A DNA stretch of 64,000 nt from Takakia lepidozioides (Eukaryota > Plantae > Bryophyta), in NCBI GenBank assembly GCA_030704615.1, contig CM060733.1:42222001-42286000 (forward strand), written 5' to 3'. The translations under genes and the position numbers were made by a program. This document shows positions 1 to 13,126 of this stretch, piece after piece; within the stretch, counting starts at the first letter, position 1, and every line of letters begins with the position of its first letter. The notes beneath the pieces were generated by a model. The model was not told the DNA's origin, searched no databases, and was given only the letters and a program-made list of their open reading frames with translations.

Positions 1-2852
1 TTGCAACACATTGGAGGAAGGGTGTATGGTGTGCAAAGTGCCAGAATGAAGGCCATACCCCACAGAATGCCACATGAAGGAGAAACACTGTACTATCTGT
101 AAAATGGATAACCATTCTACTGAGAATTGTTACTACAACAGAAGGACAGCTGCAAGAGAACCTAGGCAAGTAAGGGTGCATCAGGTGCAGCCCCAGCCAA
201 GAAGAAACAATGATCAGGACCACTATGGTAGGTCTGGTGGTTATAACAATGGCATGGAAGGGAGAGGTAATTCAAGAGGAAATTACCAAGGAAAATTCCA
301 GAGGCAACTATCAGGGTAATCCAAGGGGGAATTACCAGCCCGGGAATCAGGATTACAGAAATAATCCAAGAACAGACTAAGGGCGAGGACCCAATGGTGA
401 AGAACTATGTTAATATTGTAATCAGCCAGGACATCGCAAGGCAACCTGTTCATTCTGGATTAGACACAGAATGAGATGAGAGCTCCTGTGAATGAGGGCC
501 CAGTGTGTGGCAGCTCACATGGTTAGGCCATGTGTTGTACCAGAAGTAAGTACAATGATAGTAACAGAAGCAAAGCCAAACTAATACCTCCAGTAGTTGA
601 GGAAGAGGATGATAATGAAGGTGGCAGTGATATGCCTGAAGATGATGAGGCTTGGAGAGATGAGAAGGAACTGCACAAGGAAGTGGCATATACCATAAGG
701 GAAATGCAGAAGAGTACTGATATTCTGTGGCAGATTCCTCTGATTCTGATGGAGAAGAAGAAGTGAGTGAGGATGAAAGGAAGAAAGAAGAAGAAGAGAC
801 ATGCAAAATAATGAAGGGACTTTGGCTGAAGTAATATGCCAGACCAAACCAGAGATTACCATTGGAGCTATTGGCTGTGGCACCTTATTGTAGACACAGG
901 CTGTATCAACCAATCAATCGAATTGCCCAGAGACAGGAAACACAGACCTGAACAGCAATGTGACCAGTTATAATGTGAAACCGGAAGGGCGAGAAACAGT
1001 CATGGACTTTGATGATTCTATGCCAGTAATCCAATTGAGAATTGGAAGCATAGAACTAACTGATGTACTGATAGATGGAGGCTCAGGAGTAAATATCATG
1101 ACAAACCAATTAAGAAAGAAGCTTGGCCTAAGTAATATGAAACCAGCCCCATTTACAGTTAAATGGCAGATCAAAGAAGTGTACAGCCATTGGGATTAAT
1201 AAGAGGAGTTAAGATACAGATATAGAAGATGATCTTTATGATCACAGTAATTGTTGAAGATGGATGAAGTAATGGAGGCTTACTCCTTATTATTGGGACG
1301 TCCGTGGCTGAAACAGGCCAGGGTATTCCATGACTGGAATTCTCAGTTACTAACCGTGCATAATGGGATACACGAGATACAAATTACCACAAAGAAATCT
1401 AGTAGATTACCTGCTACGAGAAGACCTCGAGGAGTCGGAGAGTATGATTGGAGAGGAGGACGGGATGAGGAACATGAAGCTACCCTATTTGCTGCACACC
1501 CAGAGTGGGAGCAGGTTGCAGAGATGCGGCTGGAAGGCCTAAGTTGTTTAAGGGTATCTGCTGTGGTGTAGTGTCAACAACACCGATTGAAGAGGAAACC
1601 AGCAGTTACCCATCACATTTCTATGAAGAAAAAGAAGGAGAAATGGAAATCCTAGAGGAACCAGCCACTGTGAGTTTACAGGATGAAGTGGTGACTGGTT
1701 GGACAATCACAGCTGATGAGCAAGTGAGGGAAGTGAATGTGGGAACTAAAGAGGAACCGAGGATGATGAAGGTAGGAGCTGATTTGGAGCCAAAATTCTT
1801 TGAAGAAGCTAAGAGTTTGTTCATCAAATACAGAGATGTATTTGGTTGGAGCTATGAGGATTTAAAAGGGATACCACCTGAAATCTGTCAGCATAAGATT
1901 GAACTGGAAGGGTCAGTACCAATCAAGCAGGCAAGGTACAGAATGAATCCCAACTACGCACAGAAGGTTGGAGAAGAGATCAAGAAGTTGGCTGAGGCTA
2001 AGTTTATATACCCAATAGAGTATACAACTTGGTTGTCACCCATTGTGATAGTTCCCAAGAAGAATGGTAAACTAAGAGTTTGTGTGAACTACAAGAAGCT
2101 GAATGCTTGTACAAGAAAGATCCTTTCCCTTTGCCATTCACAGAAGCAGTATTAGACACTGTGGCAGGCCATGAGATGTACTCATTCATGGATGGCTTCA
2201 ATGGGTATAATCAAGTGCAAGTGGCAGAAGGAGACCAAGGAAAAACAGCTTTCATCACAGACTGGGGTGCTTATGCATACAAAGTCATGCCCTTTGGACT
2301 TTGTAATGCACCAGCGACCTTTCAGAGAGTGATAAGTGAATCTTTTCATGAGTATCTGGATGATTTCATGCAGGTGTTCTTGGATGATTTAGTGTGAACA
2401 ACTCTAAGAATGAGCACTTGCATAAATTGGAGTTATGTCTGGCCAGATGCAGGATGAGAGGTCTGGGCCTGAATCCAGAGAAGTGTACTTTCTGTGTGAA
2501 CTCAGGGGTGCTTCTGGGACACATTGTGTGTAAGAGGGGACTTCTTGTGGATCCCAGGAAAACAGAGGCCATTAAAGCCTCTCCACCACCAGTGAATGTT
2601 AAGAGTCTAAGGAGATTCCTTGGACAAACAAGCTATTACAGAAGATTTGTCAGACGGTACGCACAGATAGCAACACCATTGAGCAAACTTCTGAAGAAAG
2701 ATGCAGTGTTTGCATGGACACCTGAATGTCAACAAGCTTTTGAGGAACTTACATTGTCAGTAACAACTACACTGTGCTGATTAGTCCTCACTGGCAGGAA
2801 ATATTTCATGTTCACTGTGATGCTTCTGGAGAAGCACTAGGAGCAGTGTTAG
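1..2852 (+). mobile_element. Ty3/Gypsy LTR retrotransposon copy A, segment 1: gag zinc knuckles, aspartic protease, RT and start of RNase H, frameshifted. Non-chromoviral (Phygy/Athila/Tat-like).
   Basis: Zinc knuckle CTICKMDNHSTENC; protease VLIDGGSG and LLGRPWL; RT motifs FMDGFNGYNQV, MPFGLCNAPATFQR and FLDD; RNase H start HVHCDAS. The sequence breaks after GCAGTGTTAG (2843-2852) and resumes at 38508. Confidence 0.95.
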
Positions 2853-3075
2853 AGGTTTGCTATTTCATGAGCATGAGCGGCATGAGTGGAGTAGTAAGAC
2901 AATCGGTTTTCATGAGCAGAAGTACAAATTCCAAAAAAAAAAAAACAATAATTTAATGCAATGTGTCAGGAAAAACAAATATATTATTCGGCCCCTTGAA
3001 GGGAAAATTGCAGTTTTGACAGTTGTGCTCATGATATTTCGTCTTCCGCTCATGCCAATTCCCTGCGACATGTGC

Positions 3076-3515
3076 AAATATGGCGCCGAATTTCGCGGTA
3101 ATAGGGTCCGTAACCTGAAAAAACGGCGACGTATTTCGCGGTAATAGGTCTCTCTGGCGAAAAATGGTGCCGAATTCCGCGGCTATAGGTCCCCTCATGA
3201 CAGGTAATTCGGCGCCATTTTTCCAGTGCATGTTCGGACTTAGCCAGTTTTCGGCGCAAAATAGGGAAATTCGGCGCCATTTTTCCAGACACTGTACCAG
3301 TGCATGTTGGGACTTAGCCAGTTTTCGGCCCAAAAAAGAGAAATTCGGCGCCATTTTTCCAAACACGGTACCAGTGCATGTTGGGACTTAGCCAGTTTTC
3401 GGCCCAAAAAGAGAAATTCGGCGCCATTTTCCCAGACACAGGTACCAGTGCATGTTGGGACTTAGCCAGTTTTCGGCCCCAAAAAGAGAAACAACGCCAT
3501 TTTTCCATAAATGGC
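3076..3515. repeat. Subterminal tandem repeats (~75-bp unit) containing AAATTCGGCGCCATTTTT and GGACTTAGCC motifs
   Basis: About 4 tandem copies of ccagtgcatgttgggacttagccagttttcggcccaaaaaagagaaattcggcgccattttt. Mirrored at 44810-45240. Confidence 0.85.
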
Positions 3516-3663
3516 CCCACAACTGCTTCTGTTGGATCTCAGTTTGAATGGAATATTGCCTCATTCCAGGAGTTTTGGGGTGCATTTCATTACACTGCAA
3601 AAAAAAGTCTGATACAGCAAAATGCAATTGAAAATATCCATATGGAGGATTCCCTTTGCCCCA

Positions 3664-6115
3664 TCAATGATTTCTGGAATCCCTAAGGAGGAGTTTGTGC
3701 AGCTCGTTCACGCTCAACGCCGGTGCATGAATAAAGTCATCAATAGTCACGTTCATCCTCAACCTCTTCAGGTAAATGTAATACAGATGCTTGCACGGAT
3801 AATACTTCGAACCCTTCTTGCTTCCATCAACGAGAAGTCTGTACAATTGCAAGTCGGCTCCACTCCAATCGTAATTGTGTATACATCGTCGCGTACAGCC
3901 GAGCCGGCCGTTGCCATCCGATACACACGCCCAAGGCCGGGTGGGGGTACGTCCACGGAGCTTTGAATAGTGCAAGCCATCCCAAGAGCATTGGCAATCC
4001 GAGTCTCATTCAACTTGTTGGGAGGGTGTCGTCTCTTCACTCTTCCGAATCGCATTGTGGGATGTGCAGAATTGTCCAATCCGTCTCTACTGGACCGAGC
4101 AGTCTGCAATGGCTGGGTCTGAGGAACCGGAAAATGCGTGGGCCGGGATGTCTGTGCGTTGCACCATTCGAAATCCTGCTGCAGATAGAGCATCCGCCTC
4201 ATTATGAGAGAGGCTGCAACCCGGTGCAACAGGCCAGACGCTCGGAGGCTCCGGCAGTCCCTGAATCCCGTACTTGGGCTTGCCAAATACACAGGTCATT
4301 ATGTCGTGCCTACAGAACCAAAATGTCTGCGTTGTGGCGTGAGCAAATGTGGGAGTCAAAAATCTGCCGCTGAAACAAGGTGCAGGTACAGCACCGTGTG
4401 GGTTCCTCCGAATCATCTCACCACAGCGTGCTCTCGTATCCACCCGGATGGCGCAGCACTTCCCTCGAAATGCCGGCAATGTCCTCGCAATTCTCCACTG
4501 TGACTCCGACACTCTTGTCTCCACAATGGGAATGTTGTACTGCTTTATTACAGATGGCTCGTTATGTTGCCGGGGCACGCGCCCTGTGCTCAAAGGAGAT
4601 GGCGATCTTGAACGTGCAGGACTTGAGGTGCTCGACGAGACCTCCTCGGGCAACATCACCGGACCACAAGGGAGCGTGCAAATATTCTTGTCAGCTCGCC
4701 ATGAATCCTCTTCTCCGCCAGGTGCCTCGTCAAGTCTTCGTCTCACTGGACGGGTATGAACATCTCCTTCCAAATGTTGGCCTCTTCGCAGCAATGGCGT
4801 GTCCCGAAGGCCCTCTCGCAAGGCCGCCGCCCACTTCCGAGGATTCTTCGATCTAGAGGCAGTCCGCATCAGCATTTCCTGCCTGTCCGGCCCTAAGCCC
4901 CATTGTTTCCCTTTCAAGAACTCGTTGTACCTGCATTGCTGCATAATTGACCTCACAATGTCCTCCGTTGTGGCAGTGAGGATGTCCACCAGATGCGCCG
5001 CAGAGGAGGCACGCCAGGAAGAGTGCACTGACTCGGCCATGTTTGTCGTGGGCATGTCGGTGTCGGAGTCGAGACACATTTCCTGCACAAGCACATGTTG
5101 AGGTTACAAACAAGTTACAAATATGGCCAAGAATAATATTCAACGGGACGCAAATTCGTGCAACTCACCTCCCGCATATAGTCGCCAAACTGGAGGAAAC
5201 GATAATGCCACCATGCTAGCCAACTGACCATTGCTCCCTCGTCTGATTTCCTTACAGCACCTGACGATGTCCACCAAGCCCGTATACATGCAAACTGTGT
5301 CTCTGCATCATCCAAGGGTGGGAGCGCGCTTCCACGCAAGGCACATGGAACGGTGCTCCTCTCTGAAATATGGCGCCACGAGCCTGGTTGTGTACTGCGA
5401 AAGGCTCTGCAGAAAATGGAACCCACAAGATCTCTCCTTGCCTTCCATGGGAACATTGGGGTCTTGCCCGTACACCCTTCGGATGGCAGCCCAATTTGCT
5501 GGTGCGTTGTCCGCCATGAAACCACGGAAATTCGGAGGGGGCAATCCCGCCTTGGCCATCTGTTCATTTATTCCCTGCCAAAGAAGCATCTCCGATTGTG
5601 TGTCCTCTCCTTTCATCTCACAAATAGCAATTGTCATTAGCATCCTGCAGTGGGTGTCGTAGACATGTGCACCCATTGTCACCCACTGGTGATTTGTAAT
5701 TTGCTTGATATGGTCGAACATGACCCAACTGTTTGACAAGTCCCCACTCGTCATCCTGTCGACCAGTTCGACGCCGCTGCCAGGTCCACACGTGGACATT
5801 TTGAATACGAAACAACGATCTGCCTCAGTCCCTTGTCCTGGAAACCTACTTCCATGAATGTAGTCATATCCACATCGTCGCTTCACCTCCAGAATGGAGT
5901 GCATATCCGAGCCACGCCCAATTTTTTGTTTGCATGAGACAATGTGGTTTCGGACATTCGGTGAACATACGTGGGACACCGACTCCAGCAATGCCTCCAT
6001 TTCCTTCTCATTGAGAGGAACTCTATCGGAGCCGTCTTTCGACATAATTCTGGCCAATGCCATCTTATGGGCGGCTTGGAGCTGTATCTGTTTGGGTTTG
6101 GCACCCGGTCTCAAC
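3664..6115 (-). pseudogene. MULE-type DDE transposase, central and C-terminal part (catalytic core plus SWIM zinc finger)
   Basis: Motifs WVMFDHIK (D1), GFMADNAPANW (D2), CGFH (CxxH), TTNMAESVH (E) and SWIM CNCTDF...CKHLY. GT-AG intron at 5168-5083. Frameshifts present. Confidence 0.85.
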
Positions 6116-6120
6116 TTAAC

Positions 6121-7094
6121 TGTTAGAGGACTGTCTAGGACTTAGACACTTATACGGGATCTGTGGGGTACCCTTAATTTTTGCACAGACTGAGACCAAC
6201 ATGAGCCTTAGGGGTGACAGCAGCGCACTTTAGGGGGGGGGTGACACAGCCCGTCACAGCCAACACAGCCCGTCACAGCCAGACACAGTCAACACAGCTC
6301 GTCACAGCCGACACAGCCCATCACAGCCAACACAGCCCGTCATAGCCCGTCACAGTTTCACACAGCCAGTCACAGCTTGACACAGCTGTCACGACCATAG
6401 GGAACGGATAGCCGGACAGGGAACGACTGTGGGGAACAATACCTGCGAATGGAACATGTTAGTTCACGGACGACGGTTAGTGAGGGAAACGGTTAGAACA
6501 ACGGGTAGGAAGATAAAGCTAGAAGCAAGGACTGAAAGGGGGATCATTCTTGGAGCACTTCGGGGGGGGGGGGGGGGAATCACTGCAGGAAGGAGTGGGA
6601 AGGAGCACTTCTTGGAGAGACTTCGGACATCACTGGGGGAAAGGAGGAGAGAGTGTATCTCTGAGCAGAAAGATGGAGAGCACGGAGTAGGAGGAGGATC
6701 TGTTGATGCTTAATGAATGCAGGCAGTAGAATTGTAATGTAGAGCAGATTAGAGACTCCATGGCTTCAGCCTGATACTTGATAGATATTAATCTGATACA
6801 CACCTCATACTCACACTGTGTAGAGAGATCTGAGTGAAGCTGTGGAATGAACTGATGAGTTGATGGAATCCGATAAATTGATGAAGCAAACTGATACTTA
6901 ATTACCAGCAGTAAGGTAAACTAGCTAACATGAATGCGGGAAGGAAAACAAATAGGAAACACCCCATGATACACTAGCTGTAGGTCATGACTGATTGTTC
7001 TGAGCGGGCTGAGTACTTAGAGATTTCCAACTCTTCTATCTTGGAGTTTCCGCCTCGGATAGCGAAGGGATGGATGAGTAAAAGCCGCGCGACA
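6121..7094 (+). repeat. 5' LTR of Gypsy B
   Basis: TGTTAGAGGACTG...GCCGCGCGACA, nearly identical to 16835-17801 apart from repeat-length indels. Confidence 0.95.
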
Positions 7095-7116
7095 TTTGGC
7101 GACCATACTGGGGATC
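7095..7116 (+). promoter_or_regulatory. Primer-binding site of Gypsy B (tRNA 3' end complement, probably tRNA-Arg)
   Basis: TTTGGCGACCATACTGGGGATC directly follows the LTR. TGG is the complement of CCA, and the pattern resembles the TGGCGAC...CTGGGGA PBSs of plant non-chromoviral Gypsy elements. Confidence 0.8.
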
Positions 7117-7952
7117 TGGGTCATGAACAACCAGATGTGACAGGCATCTGGTGGGATCATGGTGGATGGAGAATTAAAGAATTTGATGTGAATCAAATTC
7201 CTTGTGAAACTGAGAAGGAAAGATTGTCCAAACGATTCTTCCAGAGGTTTTTGGAATTGCCAGACGGTTGTAAGGAAAACATTCTTAAGAGAGTGCATGA
7301 TGCTGACCCGGAGTGGGGTCTGGAGAAATGAGTGATAAAGATTTATCAGGTGGCCTGTAGAGGAAGAGCACGTTGGTTACCAACATTGGTTTATGTGATA
7401 GCGTTGCTATCCATTAAGCGAGTAGAGTTTGAAGGCTGGGAGGGAGGAAAGAAAGGTGAATGTTTATACTCATATGCATGAAGAGCTTGTACTGGTAAAG
7501 AATTGGATTCCAAAGGATATTTTGTGGATCAAACTCACACAAAGAACAGTTTTTCAGACTTGTTTGCCATATGGTTATATGGTAACGGAGACTTCAAGTA
7601 TAGCCAAGGGTGCATTGAAGCTTGAAAGAAACCCAGGCATATACGAGAGATATTACAGAAGAGAGTTTTGGTTATTGCCACATTAAAAAGAAATGAAAGA
7701 CATGGGACATGAGTTATGAAAGAGAAGCTAGACGCCAGAGATATTCAGCAAAAAGAGAAAGCTATCTGAAAGCTAATTATCCATATCTTTGGGAGAGATG
7801 AATAGACATAGGGGAATCATCTGGACCTCTCACACCATTAAGATCAAAGAGTACATCACCCATACCGGAAGAACTAGAGTTGGATGCCACTCCTTCTGTT
7901 TCTTTGCAAGAAAGATTAAGGGAATTGGTACGGGAAGAAGATCAATCATGAG

Positions 7953-10900
7953 GTGAAAGATCCTACTGAGAATTGTTACTACAACAGAAGGACAGTTGCA
8001 AGAGAACCTAGGCAAGTAAGGGGGCATCAGGTGCAGCCCCAGCCAAGAAGAAACAATGATCAGGACCACTATGGTAGGTCTGGTGGTTATAACAATGGCA
8101 TGGAAGGGAGAGGTAATTCAAGAGGGAATTACCAAGGAAATTCCAGAGGCAACTATCAGGGTAATCCAAGGGGGAATTACCAGCCCGGGAATCAGGATTA
8201 CAGAAATAATCCAAGAGCAGACCAAGGGCGAGGACCCAATGGTGAAGAACTATGTTACTATTGTAATCAGCCAGGACATCGCAAGGCAGCCTGTTCATTC
8301 TGGATTAGACACCAGAATGAGATGAGAGCTCCTGTGAATGAGGGCCCAGTGGTGGCAGCTCACATGGTTAGGCCATGTGTTGTACCAGAAGTAAGTACAA
8401 TGATAGTAACAAGAAGTAAAGCCAAACTAATACCTCCAGTAGTAGAGGAAGAAGATGATAATGAAGGTGGCAGTGATATGCCGGAAGATGATGAGGCTTG
8501 GAGAGATGAGAAGGAACTGCACAAGGAAGTGGCAGATACCATAAGGGAAATGCAGAAGTACTGATATTCCTGTGGCAGATTCCTCTGATTCTGATGGAGA
8601 AGAAGAAGAAGTGAGTGAGGATGAAAGGAAGAAAGAAGATGCAGACATGCAAAGTAATGAAGAGACTTTGGCTGAAGTAATATGCCAGACCAAAGCAGAG
8701 ATTACCATTGGACAGCTATTGGCTGTGGCACCTTATTGTAGGCACAGGCTGTATCAAGCAATCAATCGAATTGCCCAGGAGACAGGAACACAGACCTGAA
8801 CAGCAAGGTGACCAGTTATAATGTGAAGCCGGAAGGGCGAGAAACAGTCATGGACTTTGATGATTCTATGCCAGTAATCCAATTGAGAATTGGAAGCACA
8901 GAACTAACTGATGTACTGATAGATGGAGGTTCTGGAGTAGTAAATATCATGACAGACCAATTAAGAAAGAAGCTTGGTCTAAGTAACATGAAACCAGCCC
9001 CATTTACAGTAACAATGGCAGATCAAAGAAGTGTACAGCCATTGGGATTAATAAGAGGAGTTAAGATACAGATACAGAAGATGATCTTTATGATCACAGT
9101 AACTGTGTTGAAGAGATGATGAAGTCATGGAGGCTTACTCTTATTATTGGGACGTCCGTGGCTGAAACAGGCCAGGGTATTCCATGACTGGAATTCTCAG
9201 TTACTAACCGTGCATAATGGGATACACGAGATACAAATTACCACAAAGAAATCTAGTAGATTACCTGCTACGAGAAGACCTCGAGGAGTCAGAGAGTATG
9301 ACTGGAGAGGAGGACTGGATGAGGAGCAGGAAGCTACCCTGTTTGCTGCACACCCAGAGTGGGAGCAGGTTGCAGAGATGCGGCTGGAAGGCCTAAGTTG
9401 TTTAAGGGGTATCTGCTGTGGTGTAGTGTCAACAACACCGATTGAAGAGGAAACCAGCAGTTACCCATCACATTTCTATGAAGAAAAAGAAGGAGAAATG
9501 GAAATCCTAGAGGAACCAGCCACTGTGAGTTTACAGGATGAAGTGGTGACTGGTTGGACAATCACAGCTGATGAGCAAGTGAGGGAAGTGAATGTGGGAA
9601 CTAAAGAGGAACCGAGGATGGTGAAGGTAGGAGCTGATTTGGAGCCAAATTCTTTGAAGAAGCTAAGAGTTTGTTCATCAAATACAGAGATGTATTTGCT
9701 TGGAGCTATGAGGATTTAAAAGGGATACCACCTGAAATCTGTCAGCATAAGATTGAACTGGAACCAGGGTCAGTACCAATCAAGCAGGCAAGGTACAGAA
9801 TGAATCCCAACTACGCACAGAAGGTTGGAGAAGAGATCAAGAAGTTGGCTGAGGCTAAGTTTATATACCCAATAGAGTATACAACTTGGTTGTCACCCAT
9901 TGTGATAGTTCCCAAGAAGAATGGTAAACTAAGAGTTTGTGTGAACTACAAGAAGCTGAATGCTTGTACGAAGAAAGATCCTTTCCCTTTGCCATTCACA
10001 GAAGCAGTATTAGACACTGTGGCAGGCCATGAGATGTACTCATTCATGGATGGCTTCAGTGGTTATAATCAAGTGCAAGTGGCAGAAGGAGACCAAGGAA
10101 GGAAAAACAGCTTTCATCACAGACTGGGGTGCTTATGCATACAAAGTCATGCCCTTTGGACTTTGTAATGCACCAGCGACCTTTCAGAGAGTGATAAGTG
10201 AATCTTTTCATGAGTATCTGGATGATTTCATGCAGGTGTTCTTGGATGATTTCAGTGTGTACAGCTCTAAGAATGAGCACTTGCATAAATTGGAGTTATG
10301 TCTGGCCAGATGCAGGATGAGAGGTCTGGGCCTGAATCCAGAGAAGTGTACTTTCTGTGTGAACTCAGGGGTGCTTCTGGGACACATTGTGTGTAAGAGG
10401 GGACTTCTTGTGGATCCCAGGAAACAGAGGCCATTAAAGCCTCTCCACCACCAGTGAATGTTAAGAGTCTAAGGAGATTCCTTGGACAAACCAGCTATTA
10501 CAGAAGATTTGTCAGACGGTATGCACAGATAGCAGCACCATTGAGCAAACTTCTGAAGAAAGATGCAGTGTTTGCATGGACACCTGAATGTCAACAGGCT
10601 TTTGAGGAACTTACATTGTCAGTAACAACTACACTGTGCTGATTAGTCCTCACTGGCAGAAATATTTCATGTTCACTGTGATGCTTCTGGAGAAGCACTA
10701 GGAGCGTGTGTTAGCCCAAATGTACAGGAAGGATAGATTCACCTGTGTACTATGCTAGCCGATTGATGAACAATGCCGAAAGAAATTATAGCACAACGGA
10801 AAGAGAAGCATTGGCAATGATCTATGCAGTGAAGAAATTCAGGCATTACCTGTTGGGCAAGAAGTTTATGTTCTATGTGGATCACCAGGCTCTGATATAC

Positions 10901-12370
10901 CTGGTAAACAAACCTCTGATAAGCGGAAGAATAGCAAGATGGTTAATAATCTTGCACGAGTTTGAGTTCGAGGTTGTTTACAAGCCTGGGAGACTGCATC
11001 TTGTGGCGGATCACTTGTCAAGGTTATCAACAGGAGACCAGCCACGGGAGTAGATGATCAATTACCAGATGCGAGTCTATTTACAGTGGAGGTGCAGGGA
11101 AGTGCAGATGACTGGTTAGATTGGCAGTGGCCAATCAGATACTACCTTGCTCATGGTCAGTGCCCACCAAGTTATGGAAAGGAGCAGAGAAAGAGAATTG
11201 CTATCAAGGCTCTACCTTACACTATGGTAGGGCAGAATGTATAAGCTAGGACCAGATGGAGTGCTGAAGCGATGCTTATACCACCATGAAGTTAAAGTTT
11301 TGGAGGAAGTTCATAAAGGAGTGGCAGGAGGTCATTTTGGAGAAGAGACTACCAGCAGGAAAATACTACATGCAGGTTACTGGTGGCCTACTTTGTTCAA
11401 AGATGTACACAAGTATTGTCAGAGTTGTGATGAATGTCAGAGGCTAGGACCTTTGCAGAGATCTGGGAAAATGTCTTTGCATCCTACAATGCCTACGGAC
11501 TTTGTTGGACCAATTAACCCACCAGCCAAGAATACACAGAACAGGTACATAATTACAGCCACTGATTATACTACAAAGTGGGTGGAAGCTAAAGCTTTGA
11601 GGGACAACACAGCCAAGTCCAGCAAGGTTTCTGTATGAGAACATACTTACACGATTTGGCTGTCCCTTGGAATTTATCAGTGATCAAGGAAGTCACTTCA
11701 TTAATGAGACCATTGAATTGTTGACTAAAGAGTTCATGATTGTGCATAGGGAGTACAACATATTACCCACAGGGTAATGGGCAGGCGCTACCAACAAAAT
11801 ACTATGTACTATCTTGGCTAAGATAGTCAATGCAAACAGAACGGATTGGGATACAAAGCTGCTGACAGCTTTGTGGTCATACAGGACTTCATATAAAGTC
11901 ACCACTAAGTATACACCATTCCAATTAGTTTATGGTATGGAAGCCTTACTTCCAGTGGAATTCCTGTTACCTACCATGAGAACGGAATGGGGAAAGAGAA
12001 TGGAATTGCAAGATTCCATTAAAGTCAGGAAACATGAATTATACCATGTGGAAGAAGTACGTGCTGATGCAGCTGATAATATGACCAGAATTCAGATGAA
12101 GAGGAAAGGAACAGTTTGATGAAGGCAAAGTTAAAGACTTTTAAGACGGGAGATTTGGTTCTATGGTTGCAGAAGAAGGGAAAGATTAAAGCTTCTAAGC
12201 TTAAATCACCATGGAAAGGACCTTATGTCATACAAAGATGTATGATAACAACACCGCCATGTTACAAACCATTAACAAAGAGATGCTGGGAAGAGTCAAT
12301 GCAATAAGTTGAAGGGGTACAGTGGTATCCATGACAAACCATTGCAGCATGATTTGCATGTTGAAACGCA
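7953..12370 (+). pseudogene. gag (C-terminal part only)-pol of Gypsy B: zinc knuckle, PR, RT, RNase H, integrase
   Basis: CYYCNQPGHRKAAC; VLIDGGSG; FLDDFSVY; YSTTEREALA; integrase GHFG...[24 protein letters not shown] and a GPY motif. Many frameshifts. Confidence 0.93.
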
Positions 12371-12464
12371 AAAGCAGTCACGGGCTGCGCCAGTGTTACC
12401 AACGGAGTATGGAGTTGTCGCTAGGCCGAGCATATATATGACCAGGGCGGGCAGAACAAGGACA

Positions 12465-12640
12465 CAGCCTATCACAGCCCATCACGACACAACATATCAC
12501 AGCCCAGCACGGCGCAACACAGCCTATCACACCTACACAGCGTGTCACAAACCTATCTACCAGCCTTACCACAGTGTACACAGCCTATCACCATACCACA
12601 GTATGACACAGTATCACAGCTTAACACAGCCTACTAGGGT
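12465..12640. repeat. Degenerate (AT)CACAGCC tandem repeats between pol and the extra ORF
   Basis: Repeated atcacagcc/acacagcct units. The equivalent tract in copy A (46285-46512) differs in length. Confidence 0.7.
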
Positions 12641-13126
12641 TACACAATCCATAGAATCAGTGACAGGTGGACGCATGATAACTTCAGGAAATGGCCGGCG
12701 GCGGAAGAAAGGACGGAAGCCAGTTTACAAAGGGACACGTGGAAGTCAAGGCGCAACACACAGCTGAGAAGGAAGTGCAAGAACGGATGTCATCAAGAAA
12801 GGGACAAGAATGGCCGTCAAAATACCTAATCGCGTCAAATTGGATGAATGGCGGGCCCATTAATGAATACAGAAAAAGGGCAACAGAACAAACGGCAAGT
12901 ACAGAAAAGCGAAATTCTTGTCACATGTGTTATCCTAGTGGACAGTCCAGCAGGGAAAGTCCACTAAAGAAAATTAAATCTAAAATCCAGTCACAGCGGT
13001 TACAGCCAATAGAAAGCCAGAGAAGGGATCAAGAAATTGGAGGGAAATTAAGCGCAAGAGTCGGCGTCGTTCTGAGTAACGGGCGTCTCGACGGGACAAA
13101 CCATCAATGCTATAGCTTTGAAGCTA

